This document shows positions 10,584 through 23,379 of a DNA stretch of 64,000 nt, piece after piece (positions within the stretch are counted from its first letter, which is position 1; the number at the start of each line of letters is the position of its first letter). The DNA comes from Camelus dromedarius (taxonomy: Eukaryota). The notes under the pieces were generated by a model. That model saw only the letters and a program-made list of their open reading frames with translations. It searched no databases and was not told the DNA's origin. The position numbers and the translations under genes are program-made. The DNA lies in the NCBI RefSeq assembly GCF_036321535.1, contig NC_087436.1, positions 25,546,001 through 25,610,000 on the forward strand. Direction: 5' to 3'.

Positions 10584-13500
10584 TACTCCTCCTGCATTTT
10601 GATCATAGCTGTCAGGAAGCAGCTATGGGGTCTTTTTCAATATTCTAGATCACTGAATTTACTAGAGTCATTTCCTATTTTCCACATTTACTGCAGGAGG
10701 CAGGCTGCCAACACTTCCACCATTGCATAGTGAGTCCCCTTTTTTCCAGCTGCCAGTACTATTTCCTTTATTCTCTTTTAAACCCTCAGGAACAACCTCC
10801 TAAATGGCCTTTGGGCTCTTTTACACCAAGACTCCCCTCTCAAGGCTTTTCTGGCTTCCACTTGCTGCCCAACCTCTTATCAATGACCCATGTTGTTTTT
10901 TGTTATGGAATCACCCTGCCTCAGGTTAAAAAAAAAATTTCTGTATCACTTATCTATTACTGTGTAACAAAGGAACCCCAAACTTGGTGATTTTAAGCGA
11001 TAATAATTTGTTATTTTGCTCACAAATCTGCAAGTTGAACAGGGCTTAGCAGGGAGTTTGTCTTTACTATTGAATAGAAAGGGTACCAAAGATTAAGGGC
11101 CATGATTTAAAACCTCCAAAATGTTCAAATAAAAAAATATGAAAAAAAAAAAGCTATTTACTTTAGAGCAATGGCATGATACTTTTGATCAACTCAATAT
11201 AGTGGTTTGTATATTATTAGAATGTTGAGGTGAGAAATGATTCAGACTCAAGGAATAAACCTATTTGAAAAATATATAAATCTTGGATAACTTCAACTTA
11301 TCTCATCAAAAAGTATTCAAATAATTGATTTATAATTGAAATGAGGGGATATAATTTTGATAGATAAGGAATTGAATTCAAGACAAGAAACACACTAGGT
11401 GGTAAATTTTCACTTCTCCTTTGGAAGCAAGCATAACCACAGATTTCCTTCGGCTATTCTCTCCAATAATTACTTTTTCATTGACATTATCCAATATCTT
11501 CACCACAACACCTTCATTTTCCCTCTATTTCCCTTTTCTACTAATTCCCATAAATTTCCATTTTCATTTGCTGCTGGGTTGAATGACTTCTGAGTTAAGT
11601 CATCTTTGCTTATTATGGGTTATAACTTTTATTTTTCTCTAGGACTAACTACATTTTCTCTTTTTTATTGTCAATCTCCTTTTTTGTTTTGATTTTTTTT
11701 GTTTTTCAGATGAATTTCCTATCACATCTACAGACCTACTTAAGTTACAGAGTTTACTGAACATGTGAAGGCCAAACAGCCCTCCAATTCTGAAATAAAT
11801 TTATGTGTTTCATTAGAAAAATAGTGTTACAGAGCCCACAACAATCACAGCATTTTCTTCAGTGATTGAAAACATTAATATTCAAGATCTAAACCATTCC
11901 TCTGAAGGTAACCAGAAAAGTCCCAGGGGTGTTAGTTGTACAACCAAATGAAGAGACTATGAAATTCTTGTCTTACTCTAAAAGAAGGCTTCTGCAATAC
12001 TAATTTCATTTCTGGCTCGCCATAAGTGAAGAAAGGGTTAACTTTGTGGGATTAATTTGAAATTTACAAGAAGAAATACTTTAGTATGAATATGCCAGAA
12101 GAGTTGCTCAAAAAGTGTAGTAAGTTTAAAGGTAAATTTCACTTAAAAACTTTAAAGGATCAGAAAAAGTAAGGAGAGATTGGGAAAGGCAGGGCAGAAA
12201 AGATTTTATCCTCATCCAAAATGAGAGACAGACTGTAGATTTGATTGTTGAGAAGAGCCAAGTTTTACCAAAATGAGAAATGATATCATATTTTTTTTTT
12301 ACAATCACACATACTTTCCAGAAACAGACAGCATTTTATGATTAAAAAAGGACCCTGTAAATGAAACGTTCTCTATTCTGTAAAATGATCACGTAGGATT
12401 AGATTTCCAATGAGAAGTCTAACTATAATTGCCTATGGCTGCTTAGGAGTTTTATTAAGAATTCCAAGCACTGCAGAGGTAATTTTCAAACGTTTTTATT
12501 TCCGTTAATATTGTGATTCTTAAAATAGATGAAAAAGATAAATTAAAATATTTTCAAACTTGATAGGGATTTTAAGTTTAATTTACTTCCCACTTAGTAT
12601 TGAACCAGCTTCCGGGAAAAGTATCTTTTTCAGTGACTCATTCAGAATGGATTATCTAAGAAGTCTTTGATATTTCAGAAATGTCCTTAATATTTAGATG
12701 TTATAATCCTGACTTTAGCAGATTTTTACCTGGAGCAAGAGCAGACACAGTGTTGGCCTGTATCAACAATGATTTTGACCCCACATGAAAATTATTAGGA
12801 AAGCCTGTGATAATAAGATCTTCAATGGCAAGAACAGATTCTGCAACATTGCAAACATTTTTTTAAAATCAGTAATTTTGTAAATATTTCAGCCTTTCAT
12901 TTACCAAAAAAACCTTCTCTCCATGGCTAGTCTTTCTTTTCTCACATATGTGGTCCCTGTAAGTTAAAAATTCTTATTGGTAATAGAAACAAAACAAAAA
13001 GGGAATTCTGACTATCTTTTTAAGAGAGGCTATAAAAGTTTCATTGCCTATTACTTTGCTAGGAATTCATTTCTGAATTATGTGGATTCTTTCGCTTGTA
13101 TTGGATTATTTAACTGTGAATTTTTATATACTATTAATTATCACCTTGGAAATATGTGACTAAATGCAAATTTAACAAAGGTTTTAGTAAAGGCATCAAC
13201 AGTAAGAGTAACAATGAAGACGTCTTTCCTTTAGCACATCTGCAAGTCATTACCGAAACCTTCCAGAATTTACAAAATTACATCCATCTAGCCAAATGGG
13301 CAATATTTACCTATAACATTAATTTTCACCATTTGTACATTACTCACCATGTATATATAATGTCTAGTGTTACAGTGAGGAACATCGTGCATTTAACAAA
13401 CTCAGAAGGGAGAACACCCGGGCTCCAGTCAGTCAGTGAAATAGAAGATGACATGGAATGACTTAGCCTGGTGTTCCCATCCCCACTCTCTCTGCTCTAA

Positions 13501-14131
13501 ATCTGTGCAATTGCTTTCTTCCTCTGTCTGTGGGTTCTGAGATAGTTACAGTTGGAACTGGTCTTTGCATGTGCAGAAACTAGAAGACAAATGAAATACC
13601 TCAAATAAACCAATAAAAATTTTATTGTCAAGGCTAGAAATTAACCAGAAAATCTAGGACTCACTGGTGAATATTTTGGTTCCTGATCATTTTTCTTTTT
13701 TGACCAACTGCCTTCCCTTTTTGGTATTTTTTCCTTTGGATCTTATATCTGGCTTGAATTTTGTCTTATTCCAGACTAGAGTAATTACATGTTCTCTCTC
13801 TAAAATGCTTTGATATTTCCAGATTCTATCTCTACTTTGTTGATCGTCATGAGAACTCAGCTTTATTCATACACCTTCCTATTTGTCCACTGTGTCCCTT
13901 TGTTGTTCCTCATCAAGATTCCGTCTTGGATAAAAGCTTTCCTCCTATACCAGCCTGTTTCCCCAATGGTGAGGAGGTTTTCTCTGGTTTGTAATAAAAG
14001 AGATCTTTCTCAATTTTGTTTAAATGTCAGTATCACATTGTGATAAGCTCAGTTTTGGAGGAAAGAGATTTTACTTATTTTTAAGCAGATTTTTTTGAGT
14101 TTTTCAAAATTACCCATTTGCTTATCTGGAT

Positions 14132-14305
14132 CAGTTGTTATGAACACTAGATGTGCAACAGAATCATGGGAGAAACAAAAAAAACTGATGCCAGCGTCCC
14201 ACTGAAGGCTAATTAAATAAATCTCTACTGGTAAACTCTGGGCATTATTTTTTTTTATATATATCTTAGATTATTCTGATATGAAGCATATATTGAGAAA
14301 CATTG
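14132..14305. mobile_element. MER5-like hAT-Charlie MITE
   Basis: CAGTTGTTATGAAC...CAGAATCATGGGAG...GATTATTCTGATATGAAGCATATATTGAGAAACATTG. Confidence 0.6.
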
Positions 14306-14314
14306 TTCTAGATT

Positions 14315-14455
14315 AATGTGCCTCACACTTACACACATATAAAAATCATCTGTGGACTTTATCAGACTATAGATTCTAATTCATTAACTCTGGGTTGGAG
14401 CCCCAAAGCCTACATTTCTAACAAGTTTCTAGATGATTTCAGTGCTGCTGGTCTA
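14315..14455. mobile_element. MER5A-like hAT-Charlie MITE (second, adjacent copy)
   Basis: AGATTCTAATTCATTAACTCTGGGTTGGAGCCCCAAAGCCTACATTTCTAACAAGTTTCTAGATGATTTCAGTGCTGCTGGTC. Confidence 0.75.
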
Positions 14456-15409
14456 AATGAAAGTAGTTAACTACCTAATTATGTGATTATAAGTAATATA
14501 ATGAAGAATCTGTGGGATAGGTATTAAATAAATATCAGGTGTATTCTTTGGGCTATAAAAAATATTTCAGGAGGCTTTTGCCTACGGTCATCTGACAACA
14601 TCATTACCCTTGATGTTGTCTTGGTGAGCACTTCATTTTAAATTATCCTGTGGAATAATGATCATTATCTTTTTCTCCCCAAGTGTTCAGAATGTTAAGA
14701 AATTTCTAAAATAGAAGATAAAATACATTGAAGTTGAATATTTGATTTAGTTAATCCCTACGAAGGAAGACTAGTTTGTGTGAGTGTATGTGGGTAATGG
14801 AACTAGCCAGGTAGGGCTTTATGTCTTATTTGAACTACCTCCATTTCTGTGACACTCTCCCATTTCAGCAATGAGGTAACATTCCTGTCCTGTGGCTATG
14901 AAGGTAAAGAGGAGGCTAGCCTGCTCATTTGGGGATGAGCCTCACTCTTACTGTTACCTTAGATCTTTTTTATTCTCTCCAGTATTAGCGGTCTCCGAGA
15001 TATCAAAGGATTAAAACATTTTGGAAATACTTGTAACTGTATGGAGTGGGTGGTGGTAAAAATGTGAAACCCCGCTCAAAAATATAAGTTTATAAAAATT
15101 AGGAGAATATCTAAACTAGGTCTTAAACTTGAAATCTAGGGATACTTTGTTAAAGGAAAAAAGAAAATTACAAGTCTGTTCATCAATATGAGGCCCATTT
15201 CCCAGTAAATTTTAAAAATGTAGACTCTCGAGCATCCTTATCTTCTCCTTCTTTCTGCCATCAGTTAATCTCTGCCTTTCTGAGGATACTTATTGTTACT
15301 GTTAATTATTTTATCCCATTATTAATTCCTTACTTCTCACTACTCCTTCCCACATAATGCCATCCAAATCAACTCTGCCTTACACTCTCTTTGTCTGAAT
15401 AAAACCAGC

Positions 15410-16275
15410 TAACCTTTATAGACTGCTTACTGCATGCCAGAGAATGTCCTATACCCTTTATAGGTGGTAATCCATTTAATCTTCCCCCAAATTTTGAGAG
15501 GTAGGTTATTTTTCCTACTTTACTGAAGGGGAAACTGAGACGCAAAGTGGTTAAATATTTTTCCCCAGGTAACACTGTTAGAGCAGGCAGATAGCTAGAT
15601 ATGAGCAGAGAAAGGAGGACCCAGGCCATATGGCAGGAATTGGGCAGAAAGGAGGAGCACAAGCCAAATGCAGGAAACCACACATCATGTAAATGGCAGG
15701 GGTCTCTGGGCAGAGGAAGTAAAGCAGGAACCTTTGGGCTAAGGGGTCATGCTTTTTGGGGTTACAAGTGGCCTGGAGAATAATGAAGAAAGGTGAGAAA
15801 AGGCAGCAATTTCCAGTGTCCGAATGTAACCTTTTGCTCATTATGCCCTCATTTCAATAAAATTAGCCTTGCAGATAAGAAGTACCCATCATGCACTGAA
15901 GCCAAGACACTTCCCATCCAGACTAAATAAGGACAAAATTTCCTCCTCCCTTTGGGAAGGTGGAGTTGGGATGATAATCAGGGAATACGACCCCAGACCA
16001 TTCCCTCCCCAGTGAATATTCTGCCCATTCATTTTTATACCCTATGTAACTAACTTGCTAAAGAAACTCAGGGCAGCCGCTCACCTGAGCCTGCCCGCTC
16101 TCCCCCTGAGAGTGTACTATCCATCCTTTAATAAATCCTCACTTTACCTTTTTTAACCACTACGTCTTGTCTCTGAATTCTTTCTGGGACGGGACAAGAA
16201 CCTGGAACACCATTTGCATCTATCGGCAACAACACTGCTTTTAATTGACAAACTGGAATTCAAGCCTAGGTGGCC
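15410..16275 (-). mobile_element. MIR SINE split by an LTR (pieces ~15410-15575 and 16236-16275)
   Basis: GGGGAAACTGAGACGCAAAGTGGTTAAATATTTTTCCCCAGGTAACAC joins TGCTTTTAATTGACAAACTGGAATTCAAGCCTAGGT when the LTR is removed. Confidence 0.75.
15576..16231 (+). mobile_element. Solo LTR, ERV1 (class I)-type, 656 bp
   Basis: TGTT...AACA termini, exact 4-bp TSD ACAC (15572-15575 / 16232-16235), AATAAA at 16130-16135 followed by U5-like GAATTCTTTC...GACAAGAACC. Confidence 0.85.
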
Positions 16276-16449
16276 ACTTGCCCTGTAAAAGAGATCACGA
16301 TAGCCCTTTTTTCATAGCATTACCCTGAGGACTGCATTCATACCCACAGAGCACCCTCCGTAGAATATTCCCTTACTTTCTGTCTATCCCAAGTCACAGC
16401 CTGCTACCAGGCAGTTAAAATGAGGGAAGATACCAGTTTGTTTAACAAC

Positions 16450-16680
16450 AGATCACATTTACACAGTGTTTACTGCATATTACGTTCCAGTCAAAATACT
16501 TTATCAACTCAGTCCTCACAACAAGCCCTTTGAAAAAGCAATAGTTTTATCTACATCGCAGGTGAGGGAACTGAGGCACTGAGGGTTGAAGGGCCCCAGC
16601 CCTACCCCAGTTCACACAGCTGAGCAGTCTGTGAACCCAGGCTGCCCACTACAGGGTTGGTGCTTTGACCACCTCACTTT
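16450..16680 (-). mobile_element. MIR SINE
   Basis: CCTCACAACAAGCCC...GCAGGTGAGGGAACTGAGGCACTGAGGGTTGAAG...TCACACAGCTGAG...GAACCCAGG. Confidence 0.75.
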
Positions 16681-17329
16681 GCCCACCTGAGCATAATGAG
16701 GATATAGTCACCTTCTTGTCTTGTGGGTCAAGCTAACTCTTTTCAAAGGGAAAACTTTGCAAGCTCCCACAATGCCGCTGAGTGATTTATGAACATGTAA
16801 TTTCATCTTAGAATTTAGACATATTTCCCACAAGTAGGCTCTGAGGAATTATATGATGTCTGTTTGCATGCTATCTAGCTTCTTTAAAATTCTGACCACA
16901 TCTTGAGTACGGAAATACAGATTGAAGGTAAATAAATTCTCTGCAATTTTTGTCAGTCAACCTTGAGACTGACTGGCTGATTAAATATGTTCAATGACCA
17001 TTTTTATAAGCAATATAAAAAGTGACTGTTAACCATTTGGAGAAGTCAAACAATCACTGCAGTGGTAGTGACTGCACATATGGGTTTGGTCTGGAATTAA
17101 GTAACACCACTTCAGGTCCACCACACACATCCACCAAAGCCACACTGCTGAGTGCACACACAGCTTTGTGTGCAGACCGCTCTGTCAGTACTTGAGCCCT
17201 TAAACCATCTGTTTGTGTCTGGCTTCACTTTATACTTTTACGAAGGTTGTTTTAACTGAGGCAGAGGCAATTAACGTAAGGTGTTGTACTTAATTTCATT
17301 TTCCTCCCTGACACCAGTATGCTAACTTT

Positions 17330-17424
17330 TTATTTCTGTTTTTTTTAAATGGAGATACGGGGGACTGGACCCAGAACCTCATGCATGATAAGCATGTGCT
17401 TTACCACTAACTTATAGCCCCTCC
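17330..17424 (-). mobile_element. tRNA-derived SINE, vic-1-like (short form)
   Basis: T-tract followed by AAATGGAGATACGGGGGACTGGACCCAGAACCTCATGCATGATAAGCATGTGCTTTTACCACTAACTTATAGCCCCTCC; TGCTAA on both flanks. Confidence 0.8.
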
Positions 17425-17915
17425 GTGCTAATTTACATAGGCTACAAATTACAGCAGTATATAGCCATACTTCTAGGTGCCATATAGTGAGTTTAAAAAG
17501 TGTTTATCAATTTTTTGACTTCAAAAGAAAATCAGGTGTTTTTTTCAAAAACTTTAAGAAAAATCAATTTTAATAGAGAAGTCTTGAGACTACTATGAAA
17601 ACAGAGTTAATTTAAATTATCCTTAGAAGAACATGAGATATCTTTCTAAACAAACACAAAGACATTTGTATAATCCTTTATTTCACTAATGAACTAGAAC
17701 CAGTTTTCTTCAGAGTATCAGGATTTATGTTTGAAAGAAAATGTTTGAAAAATTATTTTAACTGTTTATTTTGTCTATAATGACAATCATATACACATTA
17801 AAATGAATACATTAATTATTCCTATGAAACACTCTATATTTTTATATTTACTGATTTCATAATGAAGCTTATTTGAAGGAATAACACCTTTAATTGTTCA
17901 AGAAAGAATTATCTT

Positions 17916-19685
17916 GAGGAAATTACAGATGATTTTTAAAAATGGAAAGATATCCTATGCTCTTGGATTGGAAAGATTAATATAGTAAAAATGACCATAT
18001 TACACAAAGCAATTTACAGATTCAATGCAATCCTTATCAAATAATCCAGGAGGTTTACCACAGAACTAGGAACAAACAATCCTAAAATTTATATGGAATC
18101 ACAAAAGACCCAGAATTGCCCAAGCAATACTGAAGAAAAAGAACAAACCTGGAGGCCTAAACCATCCAGACTTCAGACAATACACGGAGCTACAGTAATC
18201 AAAACAGCATGGTATTGGTACATAAACAGATATATGGATCAATGGAACAGAACAGAGAGCCTAGAAATAAACCCACACACCTACAGTCAATTAATCTTTG
18301 ACAAAGGAGGCAAGAATATGCAATGGAGAAAAGACAGACTCTTTGATAAGTGGTGTTGGGAAAGCTGGACAGCTGCATGTTAATCAGTGAAGTTAGAACA
18401 CTCTCTCATTCTATACACAAAAATAAACTCAAAATGGCTTAAAGACTTAAACATAAGACAGGACACCATAAATCTCCTAGAAGAGGATATAGGCAAAACA
18501 TTATCTGACATAAATTATAGCAATGTTTTCCTAGGTCAGTCTCCCAAGGCAACAGAAATAAAAGCAAAAATAAACAGATGGTACCTAATTAAACTTTTAA
18601 GCTTTTGCATCGCAAAGGAAACCATCAACAAAAGAAAAAAGATAACCTACAGAATAGGAGAAAATATTTGCAAGTGATGCGACTTACAGAGGCTTAATTT
18701 CCAGAATACATAAACAGTTCACACAACTTAATAACAAAAAAACAAACAGCCCAATCCAAAAATGGGCATAAGACATATACAAACATTTCTCCAAGGAAGA
18801 CATACAAATGGCCAATAGGCACATGAAAAGATGCTCAATATCACTAATTATCAGAGAAATGCAAATCAAAACTACAATGAAGTTATCACCTCACACTGGT
18901 CAGAATGGCTATCATTAAAAAATCCACAAACGATAAATGATGGAGAGGGTGTGGAGAAAAGGGAACCTTCCCACACTGTTGGCGGAAATGTAATTTGGTG
19001 CAGCCACTATGAAAAACAATATGCGATTCCTTAAAAATCTAAAAGTAGACTTATATGATCAAGCAATTACACTCCTAGGCATATATTTGGAGAAACCTAC
19101 GACTCGAAAAGACACATGTACCTCATTGTTCACAGCAGCATTATTTACAAAGCCAAGACATGGAAACAAGCTATATATCCATCGACCGATAATTGGATAA
19201 AGAAGTTGTAGCTATATATTATATATATACTGTGGAACAATACTCAGCCATAAAGAATAATGAAATAATGCCATTTGCAGCAACATGGATGGACCTAGAG
19301 ATTATCATACTAAATAAAGTAAGTTAGAAAGAGAAAGATAAATATCATATGACATCACTTACATGTGGAATCTATAAATATGATACAAATGAACTAATTT
19401 ACAAACCAGAAACAGACTCACAGACATAGGAAACAAACTTCTAGTTATTAAAGGGGAGATGGGGGAGGAATTAATTCGGAGTTTGGGATTAGCAAACATA
19501 AACTACTATATATAAAATAGATAAACAATAAGAACCTACTGTATAGAACAGGGAACTATGTTCAATATCTCATAATAACCTATAATGAAAAAGAATACAT
19601 ATATGTATAACTGAATCACTATGTTCTACATCAGAAACTAACACAACACTGTAAATCAACTATACTTCAATAAAAAATTTTTAAA
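17916..19685 (+). mobile_element. 5'-truncated L1 (ORF2 C-terminal part + 3' UTR + A tail), cetartiodactyl-type
   Basis: ORFs 18093-18383 (VIKTAWYW...[24 protein letters not shown]) and 18387-18677 ([15 protein letters not shown]) are L1 ORF2p segments; 3' UTR CCTACTGTATAGAACAGGGAACTAT; candidate TSD AAGAAAGAATTATCTT (17900-17915) / AAGAAACAATAATTTT (19686-19701). Confidence 0.95.
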
Positions 19686-20189
19686 AAGAAACAATAATTT
19701 TTACTTTCATATAACTGGTACTATGCAAAAATTATAAACTAGATTAATCAAATGCTGACATCCAAATATGAAAAGTTTATATGTGAAATTCCTAGTGGTT
19801 GATTAGTTTTAACAGTAAATAGTTATAATCTTTTCTAATCTTAAGGAATAAGCTTTTTGTCTCAGCATTTTTCTTTAAGACTGTACTTAGAACCTTCTAA
19901 TTTATAATCACTCAGAAAAATAGTCACTGCTACTGAGTGTAATGTTGTTACTCACTTATTCATTCATTCATTCCTCTTTCTACAAACATCTTACATTATG
20001 TTAGTATTAGCTGAATGACTTAATATACCACAAATTCTGTGTAACTACATAAACCTCCAAAGCTGAGCAGTCCAAGTTTTTGAAAACAAGTGAGTCTGAT
20101 TTGATATTAAAAGTCTTGCTAAACTCTCATCAGATATAAGCTCCATAATAACCAATATGCTCTATGTTGTCCTGGTTAAGGTCCATGTT

Positions 20190-20330
20190 AGAAGTTCATG
20201 GGTTTACTCTTAGGTAAGTGATTTCATTCCACTAAGCCACATCTATAAACAGGGAATAACAGTATCTCTCTCTTCTGGCTGCTAAATTTATTACAAACAA
20301 CATATGGAAATGCATTAGCTTTTGTAGCAA
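20190..20330 (+). mobile_element. MIR fragment
   Basis: CTTAGGTAAGTGATTTCATTCCACTAAGCCACATCTATAAACAGGGAATAACAGTA. Confidence 0.55.
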
Positions 20331-23029
20331 GAGCCTTCAAAATTTTAAATATTATTTTTAAAAAGTTGAGAGAAATATCAGGAATTTGAAAAACATGACC
20401 TCTAATCTGTGTTTTGGGAAGAAAACACCTGAAGCCCTGGTTATTGGTAATAGGGTGGCTTTTGTTGGTATTATAAATGATGGATTAAATTGTCATAAGA
20501 ATAGCTTTAAATCATGTAAAATCCTCATAATTCTAGTTACATTATTTCATAAGTATGCTTTTAATGTAAGACTATTTTGAGAAGAAGAGTTTACCGGTGG
20601 AATCCAGCTATTATTCATTTAAATGTTCTGTTCCCACCAAACTTAATTTTGATTTTTTGAACTACTTTTTCATAGACAGTCCAGAGGAGGCAGAAGCTAA
20701 CCTAGAGGATCAATATAACAAGATTTAATTTTATACCAGACTTGAGTTCTGATACGATGAAATGAGGTGTTCTGATACAATGAAAACAATTATTTTTAAT
20801 ATGAACTAATACATAAGAGTTCTTGGAGCTTGTCAGCTTAATGATGTGAATTTCATTTTAATAATTTGCACCCTGTACTCATTTGTGTAGGTCCCAACTG
20901 GACATAAACTGATGTTATAGTTCTAAACACAAGTCACCCTGGCCTTCCCATGTGATGCTCTTGTTTTCTGTAAACCCAGGTCCTCAGAACTGCTGCCTGT
21001 ATACATCCTGTAATAATGCGAAGGGTTAGAAATATACATTAACTAAAACTATGGATTACAGGGATTTAAATTGGAGTCATATATTGTGTTTTTATCCACA
21101 AGTCTGCAAATAATAATACTCATGAAAAGAATGTAAGTTTTATTTGATAAATATTAATGCTTACCACATGAAAATCACTTTCTTGTAAGATTTGCATAAC
21201 AAATGTTCAAGTTACTCTTTATAATCTTCTAGCAAACAAAGGTTATTACTCTCATTTTATACAATACTAGATTCTAGAAAATAAGGTATTAAAACACTGG
21301 TTGAGAGAGCAAATAAATGGAGTCTGGACAGCAGTCAAATGAAGAAAAATAAAGAGATTCTGATCATCTAGCCCCATGGATCAAAGTGTGATAGATTCTT
21401 ACAATAAAATAATCCTATATGTTATCAGAATAGCTTTATTAATAACAACACTTAATATACGAGTCATCCCAAAACAAAATAGTTGAAGAACCCAAGAATC
21501 CAGGTGACAACTTTTTTCCTCTGTGGCTCTGCTTAAGTTTGAAATATACTGATACTACTTTTTTTTTTTTAATTCTAATAGCTATATAGGATGCCTACTA
21601 TAACCTGGAATGGCTTTATCTCTTAACATGTAAAATATTTTGTAAATTGTTATTTTTTTCTTTTTATACTGCATATCTAAGTTTGCCAACTACTTTCACA
21701 GAATGGGAAGAATCTTTAAATATTATTTTCAAAATGTGATTTTTTTAAAACTAACTTTTTGACTTTGAGTCATTTCTTGTGACATTTTGGTAAGATTCTT
21801 TCAATTTAATGGATCCTTGGCGTCGTTCCAAAACATGTTATTTGGTTTCAGTAAACAATTAAGAAAAATGTATTTGAAAAATTTAGTTGGTTGTGTAAAG
21901 GATGTGCAGAATCCTATTTCAATATGAACACAGTTTCTAAACAAAACCATATGTTGCTGGCAGACCTTTGATAGTATTTAAAATTTGCTGGCTATCTCTC
22001 AACATTCCATTCTAGAAGAGAATGTTAAGTTCTTCCCTTTAAAACATTCCACTTAGAAAAATTATTTCTTTTGTAAGTTGTATTTTTTGTCCGATTATAT
22101 AGAGCAGAATAAAGTGGAAAGAAAGTAAAGAAGGATGCAAGAATGAGAATTCTGTGGGGTTTTCAAGCATATGCAATAAAGAGGAAAAGATGAGTAATTC
22201 AAATAACATAACTGAAGGTGAAGTTGTCTGACCCCCATTCTCAGTCATAGGGCTACAATTTGGCAAAAAGTCCTGATTGTCCATGTTAGAGGCTGACTTT
22301 CAGAGGCTGGAACCAGAGGATGAAGCCAGAGACTTCCTTCTAAGGAAGTCCAGAATTGAAGAATTTGGAGTGACAAATCAATTAAGGGAAACCAATTATG
22401 GAATGCTAGGAAGAACAAGAACTCAATCTCTCCCCATGGAATGAGAGCTCAGATCCAGTGTGGGTACTGGTCTAATAGTCTGAAATAAGTTAGATACACA
22501 GTGAACTGGAAAGTGGGTTTGGAACCAGTGAAGCGAACACAAGGACACAAACAGCTTTAGGAGATCTGTGGTTCTTGCTCATGTTCTAACGCTTGAGTAT
22601 TTCAGGCAGGAAGAATGTGTAAGCACTAGACGGGGAGGAAAACATGATGGAGTGAGCAGAGGTGTGGAGCACATGTTAGCCTTTCTAAAGATGAAAACTC
22701 CCTCCTAAAATTATAGGAAAGAGAAGAAGGATTGATGGAAAGAAGAGAAATTTTTATAACATGTGAATGCAATTATGCTAGATGGAAAAATAATGGTGGT
22801 AGGAGGTTCAGAATATGGGAGTCATATCACACTTAACTCACACTGAACTTAAAGCCAACTAAAACAACTGAATACTTTTATACCTGTATTTTGGCTGTGT
22901 ACTGTTGATGAATTGGATATGGATTTTGAAGGAGAAAAATGGAGGCGGGATTTCTTCCAAGTTTCTTGTAACCAACTTAATGAATAATAATGACAATTTC
23001 TAAGACGGATTATGCCAACAGCCCTCAAA

Positions 23030-23290
23030 TTATCAAACACTGCAAGTCCCTGAGACCCTTTAAGTGGGTCTGTGAAATCATAATAATTCTCAGACATCAT
23101 ATGCCTTTTTACTTCTCATTCTCTCATGAGTGAAATTTTTCAGAGATTACACATTGTGTGATAACATCATTGCCTGTTGGACAATAGAATAGTATTATGT
23201 ATGCTCTTGTGTTCAAATAATGATTTTTAGTTTCTAATTCAGTAAGATAGCTATAACTCTCACAACAAAAGCTCTTTGGAGTCCTCCTTT
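23030..23290. mobile_element. Non-autonomous hAT-Charlie DNA transposon
   Basis: GTCCCTGAGACCCTTTAAGTGGGTCTGTGAAATC...TTCTCATTCTCTCATGAGTG...CAAAAGCTCTTTGGAGTCCTC. Confidence 0.7.
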
Positions 23291-23379
23291 ACTGAAAAAA
23301 ATTCACGACAAGACATTCAGTAATTTTCATGAAATAGGCAGGGTCCTTGAAAGTGACAAACTACGAAAATGCAGTTAAA

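Larger units (their letters stand above)
8950..11120 (-). mobile_element. MaLR (MLT1-type) provirus: 3' LTR 8950-9443, internal region 9444-10941, internally deleted 5' LTR 10942-11120
   Basis: The two ends are direct repeats: TGCGTCAGTTACCTATTGCGGCATTACAAC (8950) vs TGTATCACTTATCTATTACTGTGTAACAAA (10942), and CATGCTTTTAAAGTGCCACA (9443) vs CATGATTTAAAACCTCCAAA (11120); ~1.5 kb of MLT1-internal-like sequence between them. Confidence 0.8.

Noticed and set aside
8945..11125. 5-bp TSD for the MLT1 provirus (AAATT / AAATG)
   Set aside because: Right boundary is ambiguous by 2 bp and the match is imperfect
18093..19200. ORFs with clearly protein-like sequence
   Set aside because: Broken pieces of L1 ORF2p in a 5'-truncated element, not a host gene
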